Part shown: positions 44,079 through 53,919 of the stretch, piece by piece
Layout: the number at the start of each line of letters is the position of its first letter
Numbering within the stretch: the stretch's first letter is position 1
The notes under the pieces: model-generated
Told to the model about the DNA's origin: nothing
Databases searched by the model: none
Seen by the model: only the letters and a program-made list of their open reading frames with translations
Made by a program: the position numbers and the translations under genes
Origin: an uncultured Gammaproteobacteria bacterium
GTDB taxonomy: Bacteria; Pseudomonadota; Gammaproteobacteria; JAURND01
Assembly: GCA_963714975.1 (NCBI GenBank)
Contig: CAVQQD010000003.1
Coordinates: 480,001-544,000, forward strand
DNA length: 64,000 nucleotides
Direction: 5' to 3'

Positions 44079-45653
44079 ATGAATGCCTTATTTTTAGAGA
44101 CTAAACGCTTATTATTGAAGTCTCCGACTTCTGGTGATTTGACATCATTGCTGCAGTTACGTGCTAATCCAGAGGTTATGCGTTACATTGGCGATGGTAC
44201 TACCCACCAAGCCGAACAAGTGGAGCGTTTTTTAGCCTATGCAATTCCTTATCAAGAGCGGCATGGTATCGGATTTTGCTCTGTTTTTGAAAAAAATAGC
44301 GGCGAATTCGTAGGGCAAGCAGGATTGTTTCACTTGGGGTTCGACGATACTCAACCTGAAATTGAAGTTGCTTATCGCTTACTGCCTAAATTTTGGGGGA
44401 AAGGCTATGCGACGGAACTTGCTAAAGCGCTGGTGCAATGGGGGTTCACTCATCTTGAGGTTAAAAAATTAATAGCGGTGACTCATCCAGAGAATATTGC
44501 CTCCCAGCAAGTATTAAAGAAAACGGGATTTATATCCGTAGGTGATATGGTATGGCATACAGAGCAAACCGTCGTACGATTTGAAATATATAAAGAAGAT
44601 GCGATTAAGTTGGAGCCCTATAATCCTGCTTGGCCTCTACTCGCAGCGCGAGAAATTCGAAAACTGCAAGAAATATTACCAACACGTCATGTATTGGATA
44701 TACAGCATGTGGGTAGTACCGCCATTCCTGGTTTATTGGCCAAACCTATTATTGATATTCAAATTGCAGTGGATTCATTGAGCGCGATTAAACCGCGGAT
44801 CATCACTCAGGTAAAAGCGTTTGGCTATGTCTTTTGGGATGAAAATCCTGATCCAACGCGTCTATTTTTTGTGAGGGGTATGCCGCCTTATGGCAACAAA
44901 CGAGAAGCCCATATCCACATTGTCGAACCTGCCTCTAAACATTGGCAGGATAAACTGCAATTTCGTGATTACTTAGTAGCGCATCCAAATACCGCTCATG
45001 ATTATGCTCAGTTAAAACAAGTACTAGCTGAAGCGTACCGTTATGATCGCGAACAATATACCCAAAGCAAAACGTCATTTATTGAAGCTGTTTTGCGTCA
45101 TGCAAATCAGGATAAACTCAATTGTTTAAAGCCAAAAGTCATTTTTATTACCGGTAGTTCTGGCGCGGGTAAAACGACATTGCTTGAGGCACTGGAACGT
45201 GAATTAGTTGGTACGACAATCGCCTATCACCATTTTGATAGTATAGGCGTTCCCGCCGTTGAAGAAATGAATAGGGTCTATGGTTCCGGTAGTGAATGGC
45301 AAAAAGCGATGACTTATCACTGGGTTCAGCGCATACAACAGCAGGATGCTGATAAAGAAGTGGTTATTTTGGAAGGGCAGATTAATTTGGATTTTATTGT
45401 GGCAGCGTGCAAAGGTTGGAATATCCGCGATTATCGCATCGTATTAGTGCATTGTGCTGATGCTGTTCGACATCAAAGACTGGCTGAATTCCGTCAACAA
45501 CCCGAATTAATTCATCAGGAAATGGATCATTGGGCGCAGTATTTGCGACAACAAGCTTTTGCACATCGAGCACTGATGTTGGATAGCGGTGTACTCAGTA
45601 TTCAAGCCATGGTTACAGAAGTTAAACAAGTGTTAACACGAAGGCGTGATTGA
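44079..45653 (+). CDS. GNAT (RimJ/RimL) - GrpB/UPF0157 - P-loop kinase fusion protein
   Basis: LETKRLLL, WGKGYATE; HVGSTAIPGLLAKPIIDI, FRDYL; FITGSSGAGKTT. Confidence 0.85.
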   Translation: MNALFLETKRLLLKSPTSGDLTSLLQLRANPEVMRYIGDGTTHQAEQVERFLAYAIPYQERHGIGFCSVFEKNSGEFVGQAGLFHLGFDDTQPEIEVAYRLLPKFWGKGYATELAKALVQWGFTHLEVKKLIAVTHPENIASQQVLKKTGFISVGDMVWHTEQTVVRFEIYKEDAIKLEPYNPAWPLLAAREIRKLQEILPTRHVLDIQHVGSTAIPGLLAKPIIDIQIAVDSLSAIKPRIITQVKAFGYVFWDENPDPTRLFFVRGMPPYGNKREAHIHIVEPASKHWQDKLQFRDYLVAHPNTAHDYAQLKQVLAEAYRYDREQYTQSKTSFIEAVLRHANQDKLNCLKPKVIFITGSSGAGKTTLLEALERELVGTTIAYHHFDSIGVPAVEEMNRVYGSGSEWQKAMTYHWVQRIQQQDADKEVVILEGQINLDFIVAACKGWNIRDYRIVLVHCADAVRHQRLAEFRQQPELIHQEMDHWAQYLRQQAFAHRALMLDSGVLSIQAMVTEVKQVLTRRRD

Positions 45654-45998
45654 TGTGGCGTTCCTATTTTAAAAATGATGTGCTGCCTTTATGGCAGCTG
45701 GCGATCCCTTTAGTGCTGATAGGACTATCACAAGCATTAGTGCCGTTCTTTGAGACGTTATTTCTAGCACGATTAGGGGCGGATAGTTTGGCAGCTGGCG
45801 CTATTGTTAGTTGGTTATTTGGCATGGCGCTAACATTAATGGTGGAGCAGTCGGTAGCAGTGAATGGATGGCAGCCAGTCAGGTGGCTTTGCAGTATATG
45901 GGATTTTGGATGTCGATGATTTTTGCAGTCGCCCAAGCCATTACCGTTAGAATGGGACATCTGTTGGGGGCGGGGGAGTTACATTCCGCGAAGCGTGC
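45653..45998 (+). pseudogene. MATE efflux gene remnant (large internal deletion)
   Basis: LWQLAIPLV...ARLGADSLAAG joined to MAASQVALQY...AQAITVRMGHLLGAG. Confidence 0.7.
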
Positions 45999-46074
45999 AG
46001 CAATTTGTGGACTACATGAGGAAATTTGCCAAACTCTGCCCTGTAATTGTGCAACAGCCTGTTGCACAATTACC

Positions 46075-46790
46075 TTACGCATTTTAACTGCTTTTGCACA
46101 CGGGACATTTTTTGGCGTCGGCTCAATTGTCGCCACTAGCTTAGTTGCTCCGCAAAAACGCGCTTCGGCAATTGCCATCATGTTCACCGGCCTGACTGTG
46201 GCGACTATCGTCGGTGTGCCATTTGGGACGTGGTTGGGACAGGCTTTTGGCTGGCGCACCACTTTCTGGGCGGTAACGTTGATCGGTATGATTGCCATCA
46301 TCATATTATCCCGCTTTGTGCCACGCGACAAAGCTGCTGCTCCCGAAGCCACGGATTGGAGAATCGACCTCAAAGCCATGGCTCGCCGTCCCGTTTTACT
46401 CGGACTACTGAGCACAGTGCTGGGTTATGCTGGTTTGTTTGCGGTTTTTACCTATATTGCGCCCATTTTAACGCAGCTCAGTGGCTTTGCAGAAAAAACT
46501 ATTTCGCCCATTCTGTTATTATTCGGCCTTGGTTTAGTCGGCGGTAATTTATTGGGTGGCAAACTGGCTGACAAAAAATTATTACCCGCAGTGATAGGCA
46601 CGTTGTTAGCGCTGGCACTCACGCTTGGCTTAATGAGCTTTGCGATACATAACAAAGTGCTGGCAATTTTATTTGTTGTCTTTCTAGGTGCAGCAGCTTT
46701 TGCGACTGTCGCCCCCTTACAGCTATGGGTATTGGAAAAAGCTGCAGGTGCCGGACAAAGTTTGGCATCCAGCTTGAATATTGCCGCTTA
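46075..46790 (+). pseudogene. DHA1-type MFS transporter fragment (both ends missing)
   Basis: RILTAFAHGTFFG, GLTVATIVGVPFGT, FGWR, FTYIAP, GGKLADK, ASSLNIAA*. Confidence 0.78.
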
Positions 46791-46901
46791 ATGCGACAGC
46801 CCTAGGCCGCGCGCCCCACCCGCCCACAACTTGCTTTGCGCAGCTGAATTCATTAGAATACCCGCTGCCTACCAACAAACACACTAAGGGAGAAAAATAT
46901 A

Positions 46902-47582
46902 ATGTTAAAAAAGCCTGCAGTATGTATTGCTCTAGGCCTGGTCGGTCTAAGCTGTGCGCCATCTACTTTAGCAGGTGGTAATTACTATGGTTATTCTTAT
47001 AGCAATCAATATTCGGAGGCTCCGGTTCCAATTGCCATAGCCCCTCCTTATGTTTATTCAGATTCAGGTTTTGTCCTTGGTCTACAGGGCGGCTATGGAA
47101 ACACGCATTGGTCTAATATCAATTTCGATGATGTCATAGATTTTTCTGATGGAGGTTTTGCTGGTCGTGCCTATCTGGGCTATGACATCAATAAATTTTT
47201 TGGTTTTGAAGGAGGGTTTACTTATTTGCCTAAAGCTACCAGTGACTTTGGGCACATTACTAACTATGCGTTTGATATATTAGCAAAGCTTTCTTTGCCA
47301 GTAACCGGTGGTTTTAGCATTCATGCCAAGGCAGGTGGTGGTTTCTTCCACTCTAGCGTGGATGATGATATCGTTGAAGTGGTTGGTGGAAGTACGAGTC
47401 GTAGCCATTTTGGCCCTGTCTTTGGCGTGGGCGCGGCCTATGAGATTATTCCTAATTTAGCCATTGGTTTGGATTGGGAAAGGTACAGTGGTAATGGAAA
47501 AATCTCTTCTTCCAGTTACCAACCTAGCCCCGATGTGGTGTTTTTAGGTCTCTCGTATAAATTTCCGACCCATGTTGGCTAA
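46902..47582 (+). CDS. Outer-membrane beta-barrel (OmpA-like transmembrane domain)
   Basis: Signal peptide; GRAYLGYDINKFFGFEGG; C-terminal LGLSYKF. Confidence 0.85.
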   Translation: MLKKPAVCIALGLVGLSCAPSTLAGGNYYGYSYSNQYSEAPVPIAIAPPYVYSDSGFVLGLQGGYGNTHWSNINFDDVIDFSDGGFAGRAYLGYDINKFFGFEGGFTYLPKATSDFGHITNYAFDILAKLSLPVTGGFSIHAKAGGGFFHSSVDDDIVEVVGGSTSRSHFGPVFGVGAAYEIIPNLAIGLDWERYSGNGKISSSSYQPSPDVVFLGLSYKFPTHVG

Positions 47583-47590
47583 ATGGTACT

Positions 47591-47779
47591 ATGTCTGAAG
47601 ACCATCAAGCATGTACTCAATTACTCTATGAGGTGACTCAAGCTGACTTGCCACTTTCCTGCCCCCTGTCGGATGATCGTTTATGGGACGCTCATCCCAG
47701 GGTTTATTTGCCAATAGCAGCAACTGGCGAAATAGTGTGCCCTTATTGTTCTGCTAAATATGTGTTGATTGAATCGTAA
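47591..47779 (+). CDS. zf-CHCC zinc-finger protein
   Basis: LSCP...HPRVYL...CPYC. Confidence 0.85.
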   Translation: MSEDHQACTQLLYEVTQADLPLSCPLSDDRLWDAHPRVYLPIAATGEIVCPYCSAKYVLIES

Positions 47780-47799
47780 CTATTCACCACGATAAATCC

Positions 47800-49221
47800 C
47801 TATATCAGCTGCGAAAAGGGTTGCTTCCTTTGTTCCTCAGGATAATCTGGATACGCAGTCGACAATTGTTGCGTTAGCTCTTTCTTTGCTTGATAGGCCA
47901 TGAATAGCTTGATCATAACCCAAGCTACGCAAAGACCAGCAACAGAAAAGGTGCCAATTTCTAGGTTGTTAGGTAAATCTGAATTTTGGGGTAGTAGGTT
48001 GAAAAAATCCCCCTCTGTATGATGTAAGTAGCTGGCAAAACCTACACCTAATACTCCTAAGCCAAGTTGGATTTTGGTCCAATCGGATAATAGGCCACCT
48101 CTTATCCTATTACTCAGAGTGCAAAAACGTTGTTCTTGCTGCAGATTGATATCGGCATTTGTTATTGCCAATTTTACATCATTAATGCCTAGAGTTTGTA
48201 AGCACGCAACCATGTCGGGGTGAAGTAATAAACTGACTGCACTAATATGCTGATGTTCCTCGAGTAATTCATCAAAAACTGCAACCAATCTTTGTTGGAT
48301 CTGATTTAACTGGAAGTCTGCTGGGATGGCTTTTTGATAAGCATCATATATCACGGTCCAAAAATGCTGGATAGGGTAATAATATTGGCTACAAAAATTT
48401 GCGGTATCCGCTCCACTGTGCCCGTCGTCCACCCCATAGCTGGCGCAAAATTCTTTTTCTTCTGGCAAATCTGCTGGAATATCGATAACAATAGCGGAAA
48501 TGTCGTCGGTTGATCCTTGATCACAGGCATCGTCCACTAGGTATTCTGCATCAAGCTCCTCAAACGTAATTCGTGGTGGTGAAACATACGGATCATCGGC
48601 TTTATAAGTATCTTGATTAGCAAGGTGAAATATTCCATCACTGGCTAATATAATTTTACAAGGTCCTTGGAGCTCTTGTACAACAGTCTCGGGTTTTGAT
48701 GTAAAATCAGGGTCCTTTTTATGCGCGCGGTCATTCATTGAACGACCCATAGCTATGTGGGAGGCGATCAGCAACCCATAGCGGTCTTTCTGTGCTACGT
48801 GGCGCCAATCATTCACTTCCGGGTTGAGGCGGTTTACAATATTGCGGTTTACAATATTAGCCTTAAACTCAGTTTGCATTTCAGCACGATTAAGGTTATG
48901 AGAGCTGGTTAAAAAAGTCGATTTTTTTTCATCAGCGAGGATGATGGGGCTATCTCCAACGGTACATCCGGCGATTTGAACAACTTTTTCCCCATTGCTA
49001 TTTTTAGTAAAAATGTTGACCCGACTTAAAGTGGAGCCATCTTGAAATCCTGTTGCTTGTAGCAAGATTTTATCGAGGCTGGCTACTGCCTGTATCATGA
49101 CATTTTTTTGAGATTCAGGTGTTAAGCGGAAAAAAGCTGGAAGCCCGGGGGCGCTAGATATGCGATCTTCTCCCTTGGCTTCCTTGGGACGTATTTGAGC
49201 TTGTGATGTTGGAAGAGCCAT
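47800..49221 (-). CDS. PP2C/PPM-family phosphatase-like protein, apparently circularly permuted, with two C-terminal TM helices
   Basis: DGST, VGDS, RSMND, LASDG, GSTDDIS, then YGVDDGHSG. Confidence 0.72.
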   Translation of the reverse strand: MALPTSQAQIRPKEAKGEDRISSAPGLPAFFRLTPESQKNVMIQAVASLDKILLQATGFQDGSTLSRVNIFTKNSNGEKVVQIAGCTVGDSPIILADEKKSTFLTSSHNLNRAEMQTEFKANIVNRNIVNRLNPEVNDWRHVAQKDRYGLLIASHIAMGRSMNDRAHKKDPDFTSKPETVVQELQGPCKIILASDGIFHLANQDTYKADDPYVSPPRITFEELDAEYLVDDACDQGSTDDISAIVIDIPADLPEEKEFCASYGVDDGHSGADTANFCSQYYYPIQHFWTVIYDAYQKAIPADFQLNQIQQRLVAVFDELLEEHQHISAVSLLLHPDMVACLQTLGINDVKLAITNADINLQQEQRFCTLSNRIRGGLLSDWTKIQLGLGVLGVGFASYLHHTEGDFFNLLPQNSDLPNNLEIGTFSVAGLCVAWVMIKLFMAYQAKKELTQQLSTAYPDYPEEQRKQPFSQLI

Positions 49222-49339
49222 TATAGTTTCGTAACCTCGTAGTTAATTAGTTGTAGTGCAGCTTAGCATTGAAAGCTTATATGAATATTAACAGATATAG
49301 GACAGCCCATTAAAGTCTCTGTAGGGGACAAAAATAATT

Positions 49340-49418
49340 TCCCCCTTTGAAAAAGGGGGATTAAGGGGGATTTAAAAAGATGAGGGCCCCCCTACCCCCC
49401 TTTAGCAAAGGGAGGGAT
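49340..49418. repeat. Paired CCCCCTTT...AAAGGGGG hairpin repeats
   Basis: TCCCCCTTTGAAAAAGGGGGA and CCCCCTTTAGCAAAGGGAG. Confidence 0.65.
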
Positions 49419-49441
49419 TATTTGTCTAGTGCCGAGCCCTT

Positions 49442-50215
49442 TTAAAGGGGGTCTAGAGTCTTCATCGCTAATTTTAGGTGACGATAATAGCTGCCTTGGG
49501 CATTAAGCATTGCGATAATAAATCCCATTTTGCCATCGAGAAATCCGAGACGGAAAAAATAAGGATAGATAAAGGCCCACAGTCCATGGATAAGCGCTTT
49601 AAGAAAGCTGCTTTCGTGGCCTCTTTCATGTCTTAATTGGGCTGATAAGCTGGAATAAGCATTCATTCGTTCAATTAATTGTTCCAAATTGCGGTGCGAA
49701 TCGTGCCATAGTGGCTGAGATAATCGCACTAGTTTACTATTTTCCGCTAGAACCACGGCTTCGTGCACAATATTATTTTTAAATTTGCCTAGGCTACGTT
49801 TAAATAAGCGAATTAACCGATCATGGCCATCCTCGCCAAAACGGAGCCATTGCCCACAGTAGATATTCCTGCGTGGTACGCTATAGGCATCGGCAGCAGG
49901 TGGCGCAGTAATAATTTTTTGTATTGCTACTTGTAAAGATTCACTGAGCCATTCATCAGCATCGATAGTCAATACCCATTCTTGCGTCGCTTTTTGCAAA
50001 GCCCGATTTTTCTGTTGGCCAAAACCAGGCCAATCGGTATTATAAACATACGGGGTATATTCCTGACAAATTTGAAGTGTGTGGTCAGTGCTTCCTGAAT
50101 CTAAAACAATAATTTCTCCTGCCCAGCGAACTGAGTCTAAACAACGCCGAACATAGTGCTCGACGTTTTTGGTAATGATAATCACACTAAGCGGATATAA
50201 AGTTTCAGTGACCAT
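49442..50215 (-). CDS. Family 2 glycosyltransferase (KdtX/WaaE-like, LPS core)
   Basis: LSVIIITKN, LDSGSTD, WPGFGQQKN, IDADE, VHE, GFLDG. Confidence 0.9.
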   Translation of the reverse strand: MVTETLYPLSVIIITKNVEHYVRRCLDSVRWAGEIIVLDSGSTDHTLQICQEYTPYVYNTDWPGFGQQKNRALQKATQEWVLTIDADEWLSESLQVAIQKIITAPPAADAYSVPRRNIYCGQWLRFGEDGHDRLIRLFKRSLGKFKNNIVHEAVVLAENSKLVRLSQPLWHDSHRNLEQLIERMNAYSSLSAQLRHERGHESSFLKALIHGLWAFIYPYFFRLGFLDGKMGFIIAMLNAQGSYYRHLKLAMKTLDPL

Positions 50216-50217
50216 AA

Positions 50218-51477
50218 TTATTTTAAATCTCGTGCCTGCAAAAACCATCCGCACAACAATGAAAAAACCCCGGCGGCCATAATGTACCAAGCAGGAGCAA
50301 AATCGTTGTGGGCATAATGACTTAAACTGATCGCAACCAGTGGTGCTGTTCCCCCAAAAATAGCCAAACTTAAATTATAACTCAAGGCAGCAGCTGTATT
50401 GCGGATGCTGGTAGGAAATAGTTCGGTTAGTGCCGTAAGAATTAAACCATCAATACCCGCTAGAACAATCGCAAATAGTATCTCGGCAATTAATGCCGCA
50501 GCAAAAGTTTTTTGCAGCAGTAGCTGAAATACGATTGGAGCACAGGCAATCATCAATAAGGTGTTTAAAATATAAATGCGTCTTCTACCAAATACATCAG
50601 ATAGTAAACCGAATAAAGGTGTAAACACCACAAAAAACGCCATAGCGATAACGTTAATTAGCATGGCATCACTTAAAGGGAGTTTGGCGGACTGCACGAG
50701 ATAAGTATTGAAATAGGTTATAAAAAAGTAATTACCAACCGCAATAATCACGGTTAATCCAGCCCCGTGCAATACTTTTAGAGGGTGCGTGCGTAGTAGT
50801 GTTTTGAAAGGGGTCTTGGTTGTTGCTTCGATGGCGACAAATTTAGGTGATTCTACCGCGCGTAAGCGCAGCCACAGGCCGAACAAACCTAATAGGCTGG
50901 CTAATAAAAAGGGAATTCGCCAGCCCCAACTTTGCAGTATTTCCGTGGGCATGAGTTCTGTTTGCAAGGTGGCAATGCCTGCCCCGAGCAGGATGCCACT
51001 GAAGGCGCTGGACATAACCAGGCTACCCGCATAACCGCGGCGATTTTTGTTGGCGTGTTCCACCAAATAGCAGGCAGCGCTGGTAATTTCGCCACTGACT
51101 GCGAAACCTTGAACGCAGCGAATAATCGTCAATAAAATAGGCGCCATTATGCCGATGCTGGCATGGGTGGGCAACAGGCCCATGGCGACCGTAGGGATCG
51201 TCATCAAAGAAATAGAGAATATTAATGCCTTGCGTCGTCCATAGCGATCACCCCATTGTCCGATGACAATGGCTCCCAAGGGTCTCACCAAAAACCCAAG
51301 TGCAAAGACGCTAAAGGTCATCAATAATGATAAAAAAGCTGTTTTGGCAGGAAAAAATAGCGGGGCTAAAATGGGCGCGAAATAGGAATACAGCAAAAAA
51401 TCGTACCATTCGAGGGCGTTGCCAATGATACCTGCAAATAAAGTTGTTTTTGAGCGATGTTGTTGTATATTCTCCAT
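50218..51477 (-). CDS. MFS metabolite:H+ symporter (ProP-like)
   Basis: GNALEWYDF, RPLG, GDRYGRR, WGWRIPF, ELFPT.IR, FGGTAP. Confidence 0.92.
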   Translation of the reverse strand: MENIQQHRSKTTLFAGIIGNALEWYDFLLYSYFAPILAPLFFPAKTAFLSLLMTFSVFALGFLVRPLGAIVIGQWGDRYGRRKALIFSISLMTIPTVAMGLLPTHASIGIMAPILLTIIRCVQGFAVSGEITSAACYLVEHANKNRRGYAGSLVMSSAFSGILLGAGIATLQTELMPTEILQSWGWRIPFLLASLLGLFGLWLRLRAVESPKFVAIEATTKTPFKTLLRTHPLKVLHGAGLTVIIAVGNYFFITYFNTYLVQSAKLPLSDAMLINVIAMAFFVVFTPLFGLLSDVFGRRRIYILNTLLMIACAPIVFQLLLQKTFAAALIAEILFAIVLAGIDGLILTALTELFPTSIRNTAAALSYNLSLAIFGGTAPLVAISLSHYAHNDFAPAWYIMAAGVFSLLCGWFLQARDLK

Positions 51478-51512
51478 ACGGTAACTTTAATATACTTTTA
51501 TATAAAAACCAA

Positions 51513-51585
51513 ATCCCCTCTCCCCCAATAAACTTGTGGCATTATTCCTTCTCCCACAAGGGGAGAATGAATAGTTAGAGGGGGT
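51513..51585. repeat. Degenerate REP-like repeat
   Basis: CCCCTCTCCCCC...TTCCTTCTCCCACAAGGGGAGAA...GAGGGGG. Confidence 0.6.
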
Positions 51586-51586
51586 A

Positions 51587-51755
51587 CGCATTTTAATTGA
51601 GACCGATGCTCCCTATTTAGCTCCAGTGCCGTATCGAGGTCGACCCCAACGAGCCCGCTTATGTGCGTTATGTAGGTGAGGCTGTGGCGCAGTTGAAAGG
51701 CCTAAGTGTGGAGGCGGTGGCAGAACAAACCACCGCTAATTTTCAGAAGTGCTTT
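51587..51755 (+). pseudogene. tatD: Orphan 3' end of a TatD/YcfH nuclease gene
   Basis: RILIETDAPYLAPVPYRGR / NEPAYVRYVGEAVAQLKGLSVEAVAEQTTANFQKCF. Confidence 0.8.
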
Positions 51756-51786
51756 CTCGCTATGGTTTCTACTGCCGAATCTAGGT
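51756..51786. repeat. Solo terminal repeat of the 63677-63856 MITE family
   Basis: CTCGCTATGGTTTCTACTGCCGAATCTAGGT matches 63826-63856 with one mismatch. Confidence 0.85.
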
Positions 51787-52209
51787 TTGTTGAATAGATC
51801 CAATCTGGTATACGGGAGTGGGTTGAATTGTTTCAAGTGCTGTTGAGGGTTTTGAAGGTTCTCGAGTGAGATAGGCTGTTATCGGAGTAGCGATCAAAAG
51901 GGCCGGTATAGCCATAGCCAGTACAAATGAAACAAGATCCCCCATCTCAGTGCCGCTCAAACCTAAATTCATTGGGTTTGATACGTCACCGATGCTGATG
52001 TCAAGCCAGTTGAAAGAATGAAGACCAGTAGAAAATATGCTTGGACCATGTGTTTCTTGTGACGATAACCATACCAAAGTCATTAGGGGAATGATGGTAG
52101 ACAAGGCGTAGGAACATGTGTAGCAGATTGAAAATGTTTCCATGGGAGAATAGGAAGAAGTTGTACCAATCTTTTTTTGCTGCTTTGTTTCTGGAGTATT
52201 TTCGGCCAT
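51781..52209 (-). CDS. Hypothetical two-TM protein
   Basis: 142-aa ORF; the stop codon is supplied by the MITE end. Confidence 0.55.
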   Translation of the reverse strand: MAENTPETKQQKKIGTTSSYSPMETFSICYTCSYALSTIIPLMTLVWLSSQETHGPSIFSTGLHSFNWLDISIGDVSNPMNLGLSGTEMGDLVSFVLAMAIPALLIATPITAYLTREPSKPSTALETIQPTPVYQIGSIQQT

Positions 52210-52308
52210 AGATCCGCTCTTATGTTTATGGTTCGTATGGGGGGCAATGCCGCTAGTCTAAACCAAGTTTCGTTTAGCCACAATGAATTTAGGAACGCAG
52301 CGCCTAGT

Positions 52309-53601
52309 TTAATGCGGATGTACCGAGACTAACAAAATTCGTGGGCCTTTCATTTTTAGAACGGTAATGTCGAATTTATCAAAAGGGACATTTTCATTGA
52401 GTTTTGGGAGACGTTCTAGGGTAGTGTGGAGAAGACCTGAAATTGTATTGGCTTCCGTAGGAGGAAGCGTAATAGCTAAAGATTTTTCCAGTAAATAGAG
52501 CGGAGCATTTCCCTTCATGAGCAAATTGCCTTCCTTGGTGCGGACACTGTTTGGTTTCGGTCGAATAAATTCATCACCAATTTGACCCACTAAGGCATTT
52601 ATAATATTGTCGAGAGTGATAAAACCCACCAGAGCGCCGCCGTGATGTTTTACTAAAGTGAAATGGGTTAAGCCAGCACGAAATTTGCGAAATAATTCAA
52701 TGGCAGGTAAGTCAGTATGCACAGTCAGAATGGGCCGGATGAATTTAGTTAAAGCAGGGTTTTTAGCGGATTGGGTGGCAAAGAAAATATCTTTGATGTG
52801 CAGGATCCCCACAATATTCTCCGGTTTTTTCTCATAAGCTGGATAGCGGCTAAAACGATAGCGGGTGGTAATCTGTAGATTTTCTGCTAACGGACGCGCT
52901 AAGGATAAGGAAACCATCTCCTCTAAAGGCTGCATAATATCCGCTACTTTTAACTCAGCAAAATCCAATACGTTATCTAAAATTTCTGCTTCTTCTTTTT
53001 CAATTCCCCCATATAAGTGGCGGCTGTGTAAGATGACTTTTAATTCCTCGGTAGAATAATGAGTACTTTCAGTTTCATGTTTGGCAGCGTCTCCTAATGA
53101 GCGCAGAGTTAAGTTGGCGCACTTATGGAGAAGCCAGATAAATGGGTACATCACCCAATAAAAATAATAAAGGGGTAATGCTGTCCACAAAGAGATCCGC
53201 TGTGGTTTGCGAATAGCTAAAGATTTGGGCGCCAATTCTCCCAGCACAATATGTAACACGGAAATGGTGAAAAAGGCCGTAAAGAAAGCGATGGCACTGA
53301 TGGTGGTAGCTGAAAAAATGCCTAAGCTATGTAGGGCAGGTTCTAATAATTTAGCAAATGCGGGCTCACCAATCCAACCCAGTCCTAAAGAAGCTAAAGT
53401 GATGCCAAGTTGGCAAGCCGACAGGTAAGTATCGAGATGACCATGCACGGTGGCTAGCACTTTTCCACGTAAACCATAAATTTCTTGGATCGCTTTTAAT
53501 TGTGTGTGTCTTAATTTAACTAGGGAAAATTCTGCAGCGACAAAAAAACCGTTGAGAACCACTAATAACAGCGAGGCGAAGATCAGAAAAATTTCAGTCA
53601 T
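52309..53601 (-). CDS. HlyC/CorC (CNNM/DUF21-CBS) family transporter
   Basis: NGFFVAAEFS, CQLGITLASLGLG, GELAPKS, RFSRYP, CBS pair. Confidence 0.93.
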   Translation of the reverse strand: MTEIFLIFASLLLVVLNGFFVAAEFSLVKLRHTQLKAIQEIYGLRGKVLATVHGHLDTYLSACQLGITLASLGLGWIGEPAFAKLLEPALHSLGIFSATTISAIAFFTAFFTISVLHIVLGELAPKSLAIRKPQRISLWTALPLYYFYWVMYPFIWLLHKCANLTLRSLGDAAKHETESTHYSTEELKVILHSRHLYGGIEKEEAEILDNVLDFAELKVADIMQPLEEMVSLSLARPLAENLQITTRYRFSRYPAYEKKPENIVGILHIKDIFFATQSAKNPALTKFIRPILTVHTDLPAIELFRKFRAGLTHFTLVKHHGGALVGFITLDNIINALVGQIGDEFIRPKPNSVRTKEGNLLMKGNAPLYLLEKSLAITLPPTEANTISGLLHTTLERLPKLNENVPFDKFDITVLKMKGPRILLVSVHPH

Positions 53602-53604
53602 AAG

Positions 53605-53859
53605 TTAGCGTTTTTTGGGCCCTGGACGACCTTCTTCTGGGGTTGTTGGAGCGGCCAATTTTCGTGGCAATAGTTCCCCCAAATTGTCACAAATTTGCTT
53701 GAATTCCTTTTCAGCACCTTTTAGGAAAGTGATTGCGGTTTCTAAATCATCTCTAAAGTCTTTGGCTTGTTCGTCAGCTATGTGTTGTAATGCAGCGACT
53801 TGCTGTTCAAATAAATTTCGTCCTTCTTGATTTACTGTTTTGTCTACATAGTAAGGCAT
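53605..53859 (-). CDS. Small hypothetical protein
   Basis: MPYYVDK... helical 84-aa ORF; the upstream extension is repeat-derived. Confidence 0.5.
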   Translation of the reverse strand: MPYYVDKTVNQEGRNLFEQQVAALQHIADEQAKDFRDDLETAITFLKGAEKEFKQICDNLGELLPRKLAAPTTPEEGRPGPKKR

Positions 53860-53864
53860 AATGA

Positions 53865-53911
53865 ATCCCCCTCTCCCTACGCCCTCTCCCACCTGAGTGG
53901 GAGAGGGGATT
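53865..53911. repeat. REP-like hairpin
   Basis: CCCCCTCTCCCTACGCCCTCTCCCACCTGAGTGGGAGAGGG. Confidence 0.7.
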
Positions 53912-53919
53912 AGTACGGT

